Shown: piece after piece, positions 37,247-49,447 of the stretch | How the letters are laid out: every line of letters begins with the position of its first letter | Numbering within the stretch: the first letter of the stretch is position 1 | NCBI GenBank assembly: GCA_964422745.1 | Contig: CAYRCK010000001.1 | Span: forward strand, 100,368-164,367 | Source: an uncultured bacterium | GTDB taxonomy: Bacteria; Krumholzibacteriota; Krumholzibacteriia; Krumholzibacteriales; Krumholzibacteriaceae | Length of the DNA stretch: 64,000 nt | Direction: 5' to 3' | Made by a program: the position numbers and the translations under genes | Notes under the pieces: generated by a model | Seen by the model: the letters and a program-made list of their open reading frames with translations, nothing else | The model's database searches: none | What the model was told of the DNA's origin: nothing

Positions 37247-38656
37247 TTGGTTGTATCTGTGGATGAAAACAAAGATACGCATATCGGCCTCACGGTCGAA
37301 GACAAGGCGGAAGGCGTGAGGCTCGATCATGTTTGGTCCAATATATTGGACAGGATAAGCGGCCTGGTAACGCCGCAGAGCTTTCAAACGTGGTTCAAGC
37401 CCACCCGTCTCGTGTCCTACGAGGACTCGCAGCTCGTCGTGGAGGGCCCAAACCCCTTTTTCATCGACTGGCTGTCAGAGCACCATGTGAAGAAGATCAA
37501 GTCCGCGGCCAGAGACATACTCGGAGAGGACGTCTCCATCGAGTTCATCTCATCCCCCCTGCTTCCACGTGTTTCTGCGCCCGCGGAGAATTCAAAGAGG
37601 TCCATCCTCGTCAAGGAACCCGTCACCCTTCCCAACAGGGTCCAGCTCAACTCGCGATACACCTTCGACGAGTTTGTCGTCGGGGGCGGCAACAGGCTCG
37701 CTACCGCGGCGGCTATGGCTGTCGCGGAAAAGCCCGCCCAGGTCTACAATCCCCTGTTCATATACGGAGGGGTCGGCCTGGGAAAAACCCACCTTCTCCA
37801 GGCGATCGGCCATGCGGTCCTTCGGGCCCATCCATCAATGCACATTTCCTACGTATCCACCGAGAGCTTCATGAACGAGCTCATACAGGCGATACGCACC
37901 GGCATCACCCTCGAATTCAAGGAGCGCTACCGAAACACTGACATTCTGCTGATCGACGATATCCAGTTCCTCGCCGGCAAGGAGAGCACCCAGGAGGAAT
38001 TCTTCTTCACGTTCAACTCTCTTCACGATGCAAACAAACAGATAGTCGTCACCAGCGATTGTCCGCCCAAGCAGATCCCTACGCTTCAGGAACGCCTTAC
38101 ATCCCGCTTCGAATGGGGTTTGATCACGGACATACAGGCACCGGACATCGAGACCCGCATCGCCATCCTCAGAAAGAAAGTGGAGAAGGAGCATATACAG
38201 ATCCCTGATAGCGTGATCCAGGTCATCGCCGAGAACGTCAAGAACAATATACGTGAGCTGGAGGGTTCATTGGTCAGGATCCTCGCATGCTCCAGCCTCA
38301 CGTGTCAGGATATAAACGTAGACATGGCTCTGGACGTTCTCAAGGATCTGATAAAGGAACCCGGCAAGAAGAGTCTCAACGTTCGTTCAATCCAGAAGTC
38401 CGTTTCTCAGCACTTTGATATACCCCTCGACAGCCTCAAGGCTAAAACGCGCATCAAGACCGTCGTTGTCGCCAGGCAGGCGGCTATTTACCTGTGCAGA
38501 GAGCTTACCGACCTTTCATTGGTCCAGATCGGAAAACGTTTCGGCGGAAGGGATCACAGCACCGTTCTTCATGCCATAAAGAAGATAGAATCGTTGCTGG
38601 ACAGCGATCCATCGATAAGACAAAAGATCGACTCCATAAGGGAAAGTGTTTCCTGA
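37247..38656 (+). CDS. dnaA: chromosomal replication initiator protein DnaA (true start probably GTG ~37316)
   Basis: AAA+ Walker A (GGVGLGKTHLLQAIG), Walker B (LLIDDIQFL), sensor motifs, and the C-terminal DNA-binding domain (LSLVQIGKRFGGRDHSTVLHA). The longest ORF includes DnaA boxes, so the start is probably downstream (~446 aa from 37316). Confidence 0.95.
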   Translation: MVVSVDENKDTHIGLTVEDKAEGVRLDHVWSNILDRISGLVTPQSFQTWFKPTRLVSYEDSQLVVEGPNPFFIDWLSEHHVKKIKSAARDILGEDVSIEFISSPLLPRVSAPAENSKRSILVKEPVTLPNRVQLNSRYTFDEFVVGGGNRLATAAAMAVAEKPAQVYNPLFIYGGVGLGKTHLLQAIGHAVLRAHPSMHISYVSTESFMNELIQAIRTGITLEFKERYRNTDILLIDDIQFLAGKESTQEEFFFTFNSLHDANKQIVVTSDCPPKQIPTLQERLTSRFEWGLITDIQAPDIETRIAILRKKVEKEHIQIPDSVIQVIAENVKNNIRELEGSLVRILACSSLTCQDINVDMALDVLKDLIKEPGKKSLNVRSIQKSVSQHFDIPLDSLKAKTRIKTVVVARQAAIYLCRELTDLSLVQIGKRFGGRDHSTVLHAIKKIESLLDSDPSIRQKIDSIRESVS

Positions 38657-39069
38657 AATCCCCCTCTATCCTTTCCCACAACGCCGCCGAGAATAATCCG
38701 CAATCCCTGTGCGCAGCGTCGGTTGTTATCCACAGTATTCACATCGAAGCTCTCAGTTTACTGTTCATACATGTTCTTAACCGCTCTCTTCGTGGAAAAA
38801 TCAAAATGTTCAACATTGCAATCCACATGCCTTCAAATTCGATCATCCACGGCAGATCGAAAGAGATCCTCTATTTCAACAATTCAACACTTCCAACTAC
38901 TACTACTAATAATTCCATACAATATTTGAATTAGTATATTACCCCTTTTAAATCTTTTAACATTCTTATTTTTCTTGTACACTTGACGTGCTTGTTTTAT
39001 CATTTTCGTTCTTTGCGAATATATCAGGATTGTGGCTGAAACAGCGGTCTGAAATCAGGAGGTGGCGGT
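38657..39069. other. origin region part 2 (dnaA-dnaN spacer): DnaA boxes plus strong AT-rich DNA unwinding element
   Basis: Perfect TTATCCACA at 38726-38734, and 2-mismatch boxes CAATCCACA, TCATCCACG and TGTGGCTGA. The AT-rich block at ~38895-39000 (ACTACTACTAATAATTCCATACAATATTTGAATTAGTATATT...) is the lowest-GC stretch of the window. Confidence 0.65.
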
Positions 39070-40176
39070 ATGAAAATCAATATAGATTTGGATGTGCTGA
39101 CAAAGAAGACAAATGCAATTGCTTCCGTGGTTCCCGTGAAAACAACAATGCCGATTCTTTCGAATCTACTTATTACCGCCGAGAAGAACGGGATTAATTT
39201 TTCAGCAACCGACCTGGATATATCCGTCACATCAAAGATCGAAGCTGATGTGAGCGAGGAGGGAAGGGTGGCGATCCCGGCAAAGAAGTTCACGGAGATA
39301 GTGAAGTCGCTTTCGGGTAAGAGCGTGACACTTTCATCGGAAGGGGAGAAGCTGAACATTGCTTGCGGGAAGAGCGAGTTTGTCGTGAACGGACGGAATC
39401 CAGATGATTTCCCAAAGCTGCCCAAGCAGGAAAGCAAGACATCTTTTTCGATAGAGACCGAACTTCTAGAAAAAATAGTACAGAAGACGGTCTACGCCGT
39501 ATCGACGGACCTGACGAGGGCTTCGCTATGCGGTGTTCTTTGGGAGGTTGATAGAAGGGGTATTACATTGGTCTCTACGGATGGGCACAGGCTGTCGAAG
39601 GTCGAAGTGGAAATGGATCTCAAGGATGTTGCGAAGGTTGAGGCGATAGTACCTCCAAAGGCGCTTTCGACGATAGGGCACTACACGGAGGGTCATGAAA
39701 AGGTGGATGTGGGTATAGGCGACAACAGCATCAGCTTCGATGTGGGGGAAAGCTCTATATATTCAAGGCTTCTCGAGGGACCCTTTCCCAGCTACAAAAA
39801 GGTTATCCCATCATCGAACGAGAAAGAACTCGTTGTGTCCGCCAAATCACTTGCCGATGCAACGAAGAGGGTTTCCATACTCTCGGATGCGCTCACACAT
39901 CAGGTTATATTCTCACTGGACAAAAATAAACTAACGCTGCACATAGCGACTCAGGAGCTTGGGGAGGCGAGGGAGGAGCTGGAGGCATCGTACTCCGAGG
40001 ATAAGATGGATATAGGATACAACGCTTCTTATGTAATGGATATTCTTAGAACCATGGATTCAGAGGATATATCTTTTATGCTCGATAGGCCCGACAACGC
40101 GGGCATAGTGCTTCCCGTCGAACAGAGCGGTGCCATAAAACATATGTGCATCATAATGCCTCTGCGCATCAGTTGA
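39070..40176 (+). CDS. dnaN: DNA polymerase III beta sliding clamp
   Basis: 368 aa with a three-domain clamp architecture. The N-terminus MKINIDLDVL...ILSNLLITAEKNGINFSATDLDISV is typical, with RBS AGGAGG. Confidence 0.95.
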   Translation: MKINIDLDVLTKKTNAIASVVPVKTTMPILSNLLITAEKNGINFSATDLDISVTSKIEADVSEEGRVAIPAKKFTEIVKSLSGKSVTLSSEGEKLNIACGKSEFVVNGRNPDDFPKLPKQESKTSFSIETELLEKIVQKTVYAVSTDLTRASLCGVLWEVDRRGITLVSTDGHRLSKVEVEMDLKDVAKVEAIVPPKALSTIGHYTEGHEKVDVGIGDNSISFDVGESSIYSRLLEGPFPSYKKVIPSSNEKELVVSAKSLADATKRVSILSDALTHQVIFSLDKNKLTLHIATQELGEAREELEASYSEDKMDIGYNASYVMDILRTMDSEDISFMLDRPDNAGIVLPVEQSGAIKHMCIIMPLRIS

Positions 40177-40208
40177 CGGAGCGGGGCGGAATGACGCGGT
40201 GATGTGGA

Positions 40209-41339
40209 TTGATAGTATCAAGAATCGAGCTGGAGAATTTCAGGAATATCGAAAGAGCATCGCTTTCCTTCTCCAACACCTTCAATCTTTTCACCGGAAA
40301 GAACTCTCAGGGAAAAACAAACATGCTGGAGGCAATACATTTATTTTCCCTGGGAAGATCATTCAGAACGAGGCGGCAGGACGAGCTCATAATGTTCGAC
40401 AGGGAGTATTTCTTTCTCAGCCTCGGTGGCGAGAGCGATACGGGCGTAAAATTCAATCTGGACATGGGCAGAGAGAAGGGTGGAAGGTTCAAGGTCTCTG
40501 TGAACGGGAAGAAACTTTCAAGCATATCAGAGATTATCGGAGTGATACCTACGGTGATATTCACGGCAGAAGACATCTACCTGACATCCGGACCGCCGGC
40601 CGCACGCAGGACCTTTCTGGACTACACGAATGCGCAGATATCTCCGCTCTTTCTTGAAGAGCTGAAGGACTACAGGAGGATAATAAAGCACAGGAACGCT
40701 CTTTTGAGAAGAGTGGGGGAAGGGGAGATCGACGCCGAAGAGCTCGGGGCTTGGGATGAGATACTGTCCGAGAAGGGGGCGGCCGTCGTGGAGGGCAGGA
40801 TGGCGATAGCCGGGGAAGTGGAGAGGAGAGCGGGCGAGCTCCTGGCCGAGATACTTGCCGGGGATGAACCGATAAGGCTTGATTACAGGAGATCGTTCGG
40901 TTCAGAAGGATCGAACAACAGGGAGTCTCTGCTCGAAGCTTTGCGAGAGTCGAGGTGGAACGAGTTGAGGAGGGGGTACACCCTCGCCGGGCCGCATTAC
41001 GATGATGTGGGCATCTACATCGGGGACATCGATATCCGTAAGTACGGATCTCAGGGAAGAAGAAGGCTCGTGGCAATTGTTCTTAAGCTCGCACAGGCCG
41101 CAACGATTATGGAGATGAGGGACGAGAGGCCTGTCGTGCTGCTCGATGATATATTCTCCGAGCTGGACGATGAAATAACTTCAAGGCTGGGCGGACTTCT
41201 ATCGGACAGGTACCAGAGCTTCATTACATCGCCAGGAAGGGGCGGGATACCGAGGGAGGCTGAGGGAGCGTCCGTGTTTCACGTGGAGATGGGCAGGATA
41301 AGCGGAGCAGAATGCGAGTCGGATACACCCGAAGTTTAG
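40209..41339 (+). CDS. recF: DNA replication and repair protein RecF
   Basis: TTG start. SMC-like ATPase with Walker A (FTGKNSQGKTNMLEAI), signature and Walker B (VLLDDIFSELD). Confidence 0.9.
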   Translation: MIVSRIELENFRNIERASLSFSNTFNLFTGKNSQGKTNMLEAIHLFSLGRSFRTRRQDELIMFDREYFFLSLGGESDTGVKFNLDMGREKGGRFKVSVNGKKLSSISEIIGVIPTVIFTAEDIYLTSGPPAARRTFLDYTNAQISPLFLEELKDYRRIIKHRNALLRRVGEGEIDAEELGAWDEILSEKGAAVVEGRMAIAGEVERRAGELLAEILAGDEPIRLDYRRSFGSEGSNNRESLLEALRESRWNELRRGYTLAGPHYDDVGIYIGDIDIRKYGSQGRRRLVAIVLKLAQAATIMEMRDERPVVLLDDIFSELDDEITSRLGGLLSDRYQSFITSPGRGGIPREAEGASVFHVEMGRISGAECESDTPEV

Positions 41340-41474
41340 TTCAGGTCATTCGAATGTGAATGCTCGAGTGACGAAGAAAGCATCGTGAGCCGGAGCGCAT
41401 TTTTTTGTTCCATTTTGACGATCTTTTGCATAGCATTAACGGTTTGAGGGAGAGAAGAACGGAGGTCGCAACGG

Positions 41475-43696
<2,222 letters not shown>

Positions 43697-43754
43697 TAGA
43701 ACGGGCTGTAAGGCTCCCGGATCATGTCCGGGCGCTCAAGGAGGAAGGGGCTAA

Positions 43755-46223
43755 ATGGATATCAACAGGCAACGGGTTATCCCGGTATGCATTGAAGACG
43801 AGATGAAAAGCAGCTACCTCGACTACTCGATGAGCGTGATCGTATCTCGCGCACTGCCGGACGTGCGTGACGGCCTCAAGCCTGTTCACCGCAGGATCCT
43901 GCTTGCGATGAACGATCTGAGTCTAGCTCATAACAAGCCGTACAGGAAGTCGGCCAAGCTGACCGGTGATGTTACGGGAAACTACCATCCGCACGGAACT
44001 GCAGCCGTATATGACGCTGTGGTGAGAATGGCCCAGGACTTCTCGCTGAGGTACCCGCTTGTCGAGGGGCAGGGCAACTTCGGATCGATAGACGGAGATC
44101 CGGCCGCGGCGGAGCGGTACACGGAAGTCAGGATGAAGGAGATCGCCGAGTACCTGCTCGAGGACATCGGCAAGGAAACGGTCGAGTTCGGGCCCAACTA
44201 CGACGACACGAGGCAAATGGCCCTTGTGCTGCCTGCGAAGGTGCCGAACCTGCTGATCAACGGCGCATCGGGGATAGCGGTCGGGATGGCGACGAATATA
44301 CCGCCGCATAACCTGGTGGAGATCGTGGACGGCCTAGAGGCCCTTCTAGACAATCCGGATATAGGCATCGAGGAGCTTTGCGGCATGGTAAAGGGTCCGG
44401 ACTTTCCCACGGGCGGGATAGTATATGGAAGGAGCGGGATCGGCGAGGCTTACACGACGGGCAAGGGCAAGATAACGCTGAGGGCCGTGGCCAACATAGA
44501 GACCCAGAAGAGCGGCAAGGCGAGCATCGTTGTAAGCGAGATCCCGTACCAGACGAATAAGTCTCAGATCATCGAGAAGGTGGCAGACCTCGTGAGGAAC
44601 GGGAAGATTTCCGGGATCTCCGACATACGTGACGAGTCGGACAGGGATGGTATGCGCATCGTTATAGAGCTGAAGAAGGATTCCTATCCCAAGGTGGTCC
44701 TGAACCAACTCTTCGCCCACACGCAGCTTCAGGTGACTTACGGGATAATCATGCTCGCGCTCGACAAGATGAGACCGGTTGTCATGAACCTCAAGCAGAT
44801 GATGGGTGCATTCCTCGAACACAGGGAAGAGGTCGTAACGCGCAGAACGAAGTACGATCTCGCAAGGGCAGAGGAGAGGGCCCACATACTCGAGGGTTAC
44901 AAGATAGCGCTGGACAACATCGACGAGGTGGTCCAGCTGATAAAGAAGAGCAAGTCCCCCGCGGACGCGAAGGTTGGGCTCGTGAAGAGGTTCGAGCTCA
45001 CTGAAATCCAGGCCCAGGCGATACTGGACCTGAGGCTCCAGAGACTCACGGGCTTGGAGAGGGAGAAGATAGAGGAGGAGTATCTGGAACTGATCAAGAA
45101 GATCGAATTTTTGAGGTCGATTCTCGAAAGCAGGACGAGGCTGCTCGGCATCATCCGCGAGGAGCTCGAGGATGTAAAGGGGCAATTCGGGGATGAGAGG
45201 AGGACGAGCATAGTGGACGAGGAGGGGGAGTTCCAGATCGAGGACCTGATCGCCGAAGAGGACATGATCATAACGGTAACACACAGCGGTTACATCAAGC
45301 GCATTCCGATCGGAACATATAGGCGCCAGAGAAGGGGAGGGAAGGGAGTGAGCGGGCTGGGAATGAAGGAGGAGGACTTCGTAGAGCATCTCTTCATCGC
45401 TTCGACCCATAGCTACATCCTGTTTTTCACCGACAAGGGCAAATGCTACTGGCTGAAGGTCCACGAGATTCCGCAGGGCGGCAGGCTCGCGAAGGGCAAG
45501 GCGATCGTGAACCTTCTGGAGATGTCGAGAGACGAAAGCTTGGCCGCCTTAATACCGGTTGACGATTTCAGCAAGGATGCCTACCTAATGATGGCGACGA
45601 GGAACGGCTACGTGAAGAAGACGCACCTGTCTGCATATTCGAATCCAAGGCGCGGAGGTATAATCGCGATACTCACGAGGGAGGGCGACAGGCTGATACG
45701 GACGAAACTGACCTCCGGCAACGATGATATTATCCTCGCAAAGAGAAAGGGCAAGGCGATCAGGTTCAGCGAGGAGAACGTCAGGGAAATGGGCAGGGGG
45801 ACGCGGGGAGTGAAAGGGGTCACTCTGGACAAGGACGATTGTGTTGTGGGCATGGTTGTCGTTAAGCGGGGATCGGAGCTTCTTGCCATAACCGAGAACG
45901 GTTACGGAAAGCGGACGAGAATAAGCGAATTCAGGAATATAAAAAGAGGCGGCAAGGGGGTAATCTGCATATCGACCGGTCCGAGGAACGGCGATCTTGT
46001 TACCGTGAAAGAGGTGGTGGAATCTGACGAGGTCATGGTCATCACCAAGAACGGGATGGTAATTCGCTGCCCGGTCAAGCAGATATCCATGGTCGGTCGC
46101 CAGGCCAAGGGCGTGAGAATGATCAACCTGAACGAAGGCGATGCGGTTGTGGACTTAGCGCTTCTTGCCGGCGAAGGGGGAGCGGAAGAAGGGAAGGCTG
46201 AAGGAAAGGAACTGGAAGAGTGA
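43755..46223 (+). CDS. gyrA: DNA gyrase subunit A
   Basis: The active-site region runs from KSAKLTGDVTGNYHPHGTAAVYDAVVRMAQDFS through the catalytic Tyr context (AAERYTEVRM). It has a GyrA-box-containing C-terminal beta-pinwheel (QRRGGKGV). Confidence 0.97.
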   Translation: MDINRQRVIPVCIEDEMKSSYLDYSMSVIVSRALPDVRDGLKPVHRRILLAMNDLSLAHNKPYRKSAKLTGDVTGNYHPHGTAAVYDAVVRMAQDFSLRYPLVEGQGNFGSIDGDPAAAERYTEVRMKEIAEYLLEDIGKETVEFGPNYDDTRQMALVLPAKVPNLLINGASGIAVGMATNIPPHNLVEIVDGLEALLDNPDIGIEELCGMVKGPDFPTGGIVYGRSGIGEAYTTGKGKITLRAVANIETQKSGKASIVVSEIPYQTNKSQIIEKVADLVRNGKISGISDIRDESDRDGMRIVIELKKDSYPKVVLNQLFAHTQLQVTYGIIMLALDKMRPVVMNLKQMMGAFLEHREEVVTRRTKYDLARAEERAHILEGYKIALDNIDEVVQLIKKSKSPADAKVGLVKRFELTEIQAQAILDLRLQRLTGLEREKIEEEYLELIKKIEFLRSILESRTRLLGIIREELEDVKGQFGDERRTSIVDEEGEFQIEDLIAEEDMIITVTHSGYIKRIPIGTYRRQRRGGKGVSGLGMKEEDFVEHLFIASTHSYILFFTDKGKCYWLKVHEIPQGGRLAKGKAIVNLLEMSRDESLAALIPVDDFSKDAYLMMATRNGYVKKTHLSAYSNPRRGGIIAILTREGDRLIRTKLTSGNDDIILAKRKGKAIRFSEENVREMGRGTRGVKGVTLDKDDCVVGMVVVKRGSELLAITENGYGKRTRISEFRNIKRGGKGVICISTGPRNGDLVTVKEVVESDEVMVITKNGMVIRCPVKQISMVGRQAKGVRMINLNEGDAVVDLALLAGEGGAEEGKAEGKELEE

Positions 46224-48103
46224 TTTTTCGGTGCGTGAGAAGGGTGGGGTTTTTTCTGTTGCTGGCTGCGCTTGCAGTGCCGGCGAGCTCACCGGGACAG
46301 TGGCCTGCGATTTCCGAGGACGAGGATGCAGCGGGATTCAGGGGTGCAGGCAGGGCGGTGATGAACATAGCGGAGCAGGGGCTGCTCTGTTCCTGGCCCG
46401 AGGCTGAGGGGGGGCTCAGGTGGCCTGGAGAGGGCGGCAGGGAGTTCCTCGGCGCAGGCGGGCTTCTGGTCAGGTATTCGGTCGGAACTGGTGATTCGCT
46501 TCGCCTGTCCGATCCCACGTGCTTCGATGTGATCGAGGGCGGATTTTCCGGTAGAGGATTGCTCGAGGGGTGTGAGGGAGGTAAGCGCTATCCCAACAGG
46601 GATTGTGATGATGATGGTGACGGGGTGTCCGATGAGGATGAGTACGACGGTCTGGACAACGACGGGGATGGCCTTGTGGATGAGGACTTCGCCGCCGTCG
46701 GCAGCCAGATGACCGTCATAAGGGCGGAGGAAAGGAATACGGGTCTTGTACTGACCCAGAACAGCTACACGTGGTCTTATCCGCACGTGCGTGATTTTAT
46801 CGGTTTCACCACAAAGATAGAGTACGGACGGGGAGGAGGGGCTGACATACCCGAACTGCGGATATTCGAGATATTCATGTATATGGATTTCAGTATCGGC
46901 GATCCGGATGATCGGGAGAGGGGAATTGACGATATTTACTCGTTTGTCCGGTACGACTGTGACGGGGGGGCTGGACAGGCTGCAAAGCGCCCTGGTGTCA
47001 TTATGGCTGCCTCGGATGGGTGTATGCAGCCGTTTGTCGGCATGCTCGTCCTCCGGACGGAGGGGCCGTCCGGGATCGAGATGGAGGCGGATGGATCGGT
47101 GATCGAGGCGGCGGGGAACGGCCGGCAGATGAACGATCGTATAACGGGATACGAGAGAAAGGTGAAGCGGATGGGCACCCCAGTGCTCCAAACTGGACTC
47201 GCCGGGGCGGAGGCGTACAGGTACGCGCGGTTGGTGGAAGGGGCAGCGGCGCCGGAGATCGAGCGCGGGGGAGATCGGGCATTCATGTGCAGGCTTGAAG
47301 CTGTGCCCTGCATGAAGCCGGGCGACGGGATATCCGTCGAATGGGCGCTCGTGTTCGGAGAGACGAAGGAGGACCTGATTCGTAACGCGCAGCTGGCCCG
47401 TGAGACATTCGATGGCGTAGTGGACGAGAGTGGACGCACGCACAGCTGGGTGGTGCCCGCCAGGCGTATAGTGCGCATGGAACTCGAAGCCGAGCTTGCC
47501 TCGGTCTGGGCCGGCGGGAAGGGGCATCCGGCCGCCGCCGTGGCCCTGCCGCACAGGTTGGCGGCGGAGGAGCTCGAATGGCTTAGGGTGGAAGGCAAGA
47601 GGACGGATGAGTATGAGCGTGCGGGGGCCAAGATAATCGTATGCCTGGAAGAGAACCTGGTCGGTCGTGGAGGCTCCATAGAGGTGGAGGGACAGCTTTC
47701 GGACGGAACGATATTCACGGCAACGCTCGACCGCGAGGCGCTTGTATCCTATGATCCGGCCGCCGTCCTTCCTCCGGGCAGGCTCCCCGATGATATGATG
47801 CGCATCTTCCCAAATCCGTTTTTGGACAAGGTGAAGATAGATCTGCACTACTGCAGTGCGGATGTAGCGGAAGCCGGCGACCGGCAGGCCGGCGGGAGCG
47901 GCTTGAGCTCCATAAAGATCTACGATGTGCGCGGACGCCTGGTCCGCACGATCCTTGAGGACGAATTCCTTCACCCCGGCGATTATTCGATGGGTTGGGA
48001 TGGGATGGATGATCAGGGTGTCGAGTTGGCGCCGGGCGCGTATTACTGCAAGCTCCAGGTAGGCTCGAGGTCCCTGACGAAGAGGGTGATTCTTCTAAGG
48101 TGA
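46220..48103 (+). CDS. secreted hypothetical protein with Asp-rich calcium-binding-like repeats and a T9SS/Por C-terminal sorting domain
   Basis: Signal peptide (FFLLLAALAVPASSPGQ), a D-rich block (NRDCDDDGDGVSDEDEYDGLDNDGDGLVDEDF, thrombospondin-type-3-like), and a CTD (MMRIFPNPFLDKVKIDL...IKIYDVRGRLVRTIL...GAYYCKLQVG...KRVILLR). The GTG start overlaps the gyrA stop. Confidence 0.7.
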   Translation: MIFRCVRRVGFFLLLAALAVPASSPGQWPAISEDEDAAGFRGAGRAVMNIAEQGLLCSWPEAEGGLRWPGEGGREFLGAGGLLVRYSVGTGDSLRLSDPTCFDVIEGGFSGRGLLEGCEGGKRYPNRDCDDDGDGVSDEDEYDGLDNDGDGLVDEDFAAVGSQMTVIRAEERNTGLVLTQNSYTWSYPHVRDFIGFTTKIEYGRGGGADIPELRIFEIFMYMDFSIGDPDDRERGIDDIYSFVRYDCDGGAGQAAKRPGVIMAASDGCMQPFVGMLVLRTEGPSGIEMEADGSVIEAAGNGRQMNDRITGYERKVKRMGTPVLQTGLAGAEAYRYARLVEGAAAPEIERGGDRAFMCRLEAVPCMKPGDGISVEWALVFGETKEDLIRNAQLARETFDGVVDESGRTHSWVVPARRIVRMELEAELASVWAGGKGHPAAAVALPHRLAAEELEWLRVEGKRTDEYERAGAKIIVCLEENLVGRGGSIEVEGQLSDGTIFTATLDREALVSYDPAAVLPPGRLPDDMMRIFPNPFLDKVKIDLHYCSADVAEAGDRQAGGSGLSSIKIYDVRGRLVRTILEDEFLHPGDYSMGWDGMDDQGVELAPGAYYCKLQVGSRSLTKRVILLR

Positions 48104-49428
48104 CGGATAAAAACCGTTCTTCTTCTTCCAAGCAGCCCTCGGAGCGCGCGATTCTTGTCGGAGTGACACTCCCCCGTTCGAATATCGAAATCGAATCGAG
48201 CAACCTCGACGAGCTCGAGCTTCTGGCGAAGACCGCGGGCGCGGACGTGGCCGGCAGGACCGTGCAGAGGAGAACGAGGATAGACGGGTCGACCTACATA
48301 GGAGAGGGAAAGCTGGGGGAGCTCGAGGGCAGGATAGCGGACTGGGGGGCCAACCTGATCATATTCGACGACGACCTCTCCCCGGCACAGGCGAGGAACA
48401 TTGAAAACAGGCTTGATGTCAACGTAATCGACCGCACGGAGCTTATTCTAGATATATTCTCCCGGCGTGCGCGAACGCGCCAGGCCAAGATCCAAGTGGA
48501 GATTGCGCAGCTGACATACGCGCTGCCGAGGCTTCGGAGGCTATGGAAGCATCTCTCGCGTCAGGCGGGGGGAATAGGCACTAGGGGGCCGGGGGAGACA
48601 CAGCTGGAGGCCGACAGGCGCAGGGTCAGGGAGAAGATCGCGAGACTCAAGAGGGAGCTGCGAAGGATCCGGAGGGGAACGGGGGAGAGGCGGAAGAGGA
48701 GGAGGGATATCTTCAAGGTCACCATCGTCGGGTATACGAACGCGGGCAAATCGACGCTGCTCAACAGGCTCGCCGGGAGCAATGTCGAGGAGAGCCGCCG
48801 TCTTTTCTCAACCTTGGATTCAACTACCCGCCGTATAAGCAGGATCGAGGGGCGGGACTTCCTCTTGACCGATACGATCGGATTCATACGCAAACTTCCG
48901 CCTTACCTCATAGAGAGCTTCAGGGCGACGCTCCTGGATGTGCGGAAGGCCGACCTGCTCTTTCATATAGTTGATGCGGCGGCGCCGGGATTCGAGGGGA
49001 GGATCGATGTCGTCAACGCAGTGCTCGAGGACGTGCTCGCTGCGCGAAAGGGCGATCGGGGGGGCGAAAACGATATACCGACGCTCCTGCTCCTGAACAA
49101 GGTGGATGTTCTTGAAGATCCGGAATCGAGAAGGAGCCTGGAACGCGGGTATCCCGGGGCTGTCTTGATAAGCGCCTCGAAGGGGGAAGGGATGGGGGAG
49201 CTGCTCTCGCGAACGAGGGAATACAGCGAAAGGGATATGATGAGGGCCGAGATCGAAGTCCCCGTGGAGGACGGCAGGGCGATAGCGGAGGTCGAGAGGC
49301 TGTCGAGGGTATACGGTCGCAAAGCCGGGAGGGAACGGATCACCTACGATGTAATGGTCAAGAAGAGAAACCTTTCTCTGCTCGAGAGGGTTGGCAGGGT
49401 GAAGCTCAAGCCCCTGAAAAGCCCATGA
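48100..49428 (+). CDS. hflX: GTPase HflX
   Basis: HflX N-terminal domain, then a G-domain with GYTNAGKSTLLNRLAG, DTIGF, and NKVD. Confidence 0.9.
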   Translation: MTDKNRSSSSKQPSERAILVGVTLPRSNIEIESSNLDELELLAKTAGADVAGRTVQRRTRIDGSTYIGEGKLGELEGRIADWGANLIIFDDDLSPAQARNIENRLDVNVIDRTELILDIFSRRARTRQAKIQVEIAQLTYALPRLRRLWKHLSRQAGGIGTRGPGETQLEADRRRVREKIARLKRELRRIRRGTGERRKRRRDIFKVTIVGYTNAGKSTLLNRLAGSNVEESRRLFSTLDSTTRRISRIEGRDFLLTDTIGFIRKLPPYLIESFRATLLDVRKADLLFHIVDAAAPGFEGRIDVVNAVLEDVLAARKGDRGGENDIPTLLLLNKVDVLEDPESRRSLERGYPGAVLISASKGEGMGELLSRTREYSERDMMRAEIEVPVEDGRAIAEVERLSRVYGRKAGRERITYDVMVKKRNLSLLERVGRVKLKPLKSP

Positions 49429-49447
49429 TGGCACTTTCTTGTACCTT

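Noticed and set aside
38723-38929. 68-aa ORF in the dnaA-dnaN spacer
   Set aside because: It lies in the AT-rich DUE/DnaA-box region, has low-complexity composition and lacks an RBS.
41275-41295. Third parS-like sequence GTGTTTCACGTGGAGAT inside recF
   Set aside because: Only the left half-site matches, 11/16, so it is probably non-functional or very weak.
46600-46700. Short repetitive GATGA/GACGG-rich DNA, a possible CRISPR or tandem repeat
   Set aside because: It encodes the in-frame Asp/Gly-rich calcium-binding-like block of the secreted protein. There is no spacer-repeat periodicity.
46289-47974. A 561-aa minus-strand ORF antisense to the T9SS-CTD protein gene
   Set aside because: The plus-strand product has a signal peptide, an acidic repeat block and a recognisable Por-type CTD, and it is translationally coupled to gyrA and hflX. 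The antisense ORF has no features.
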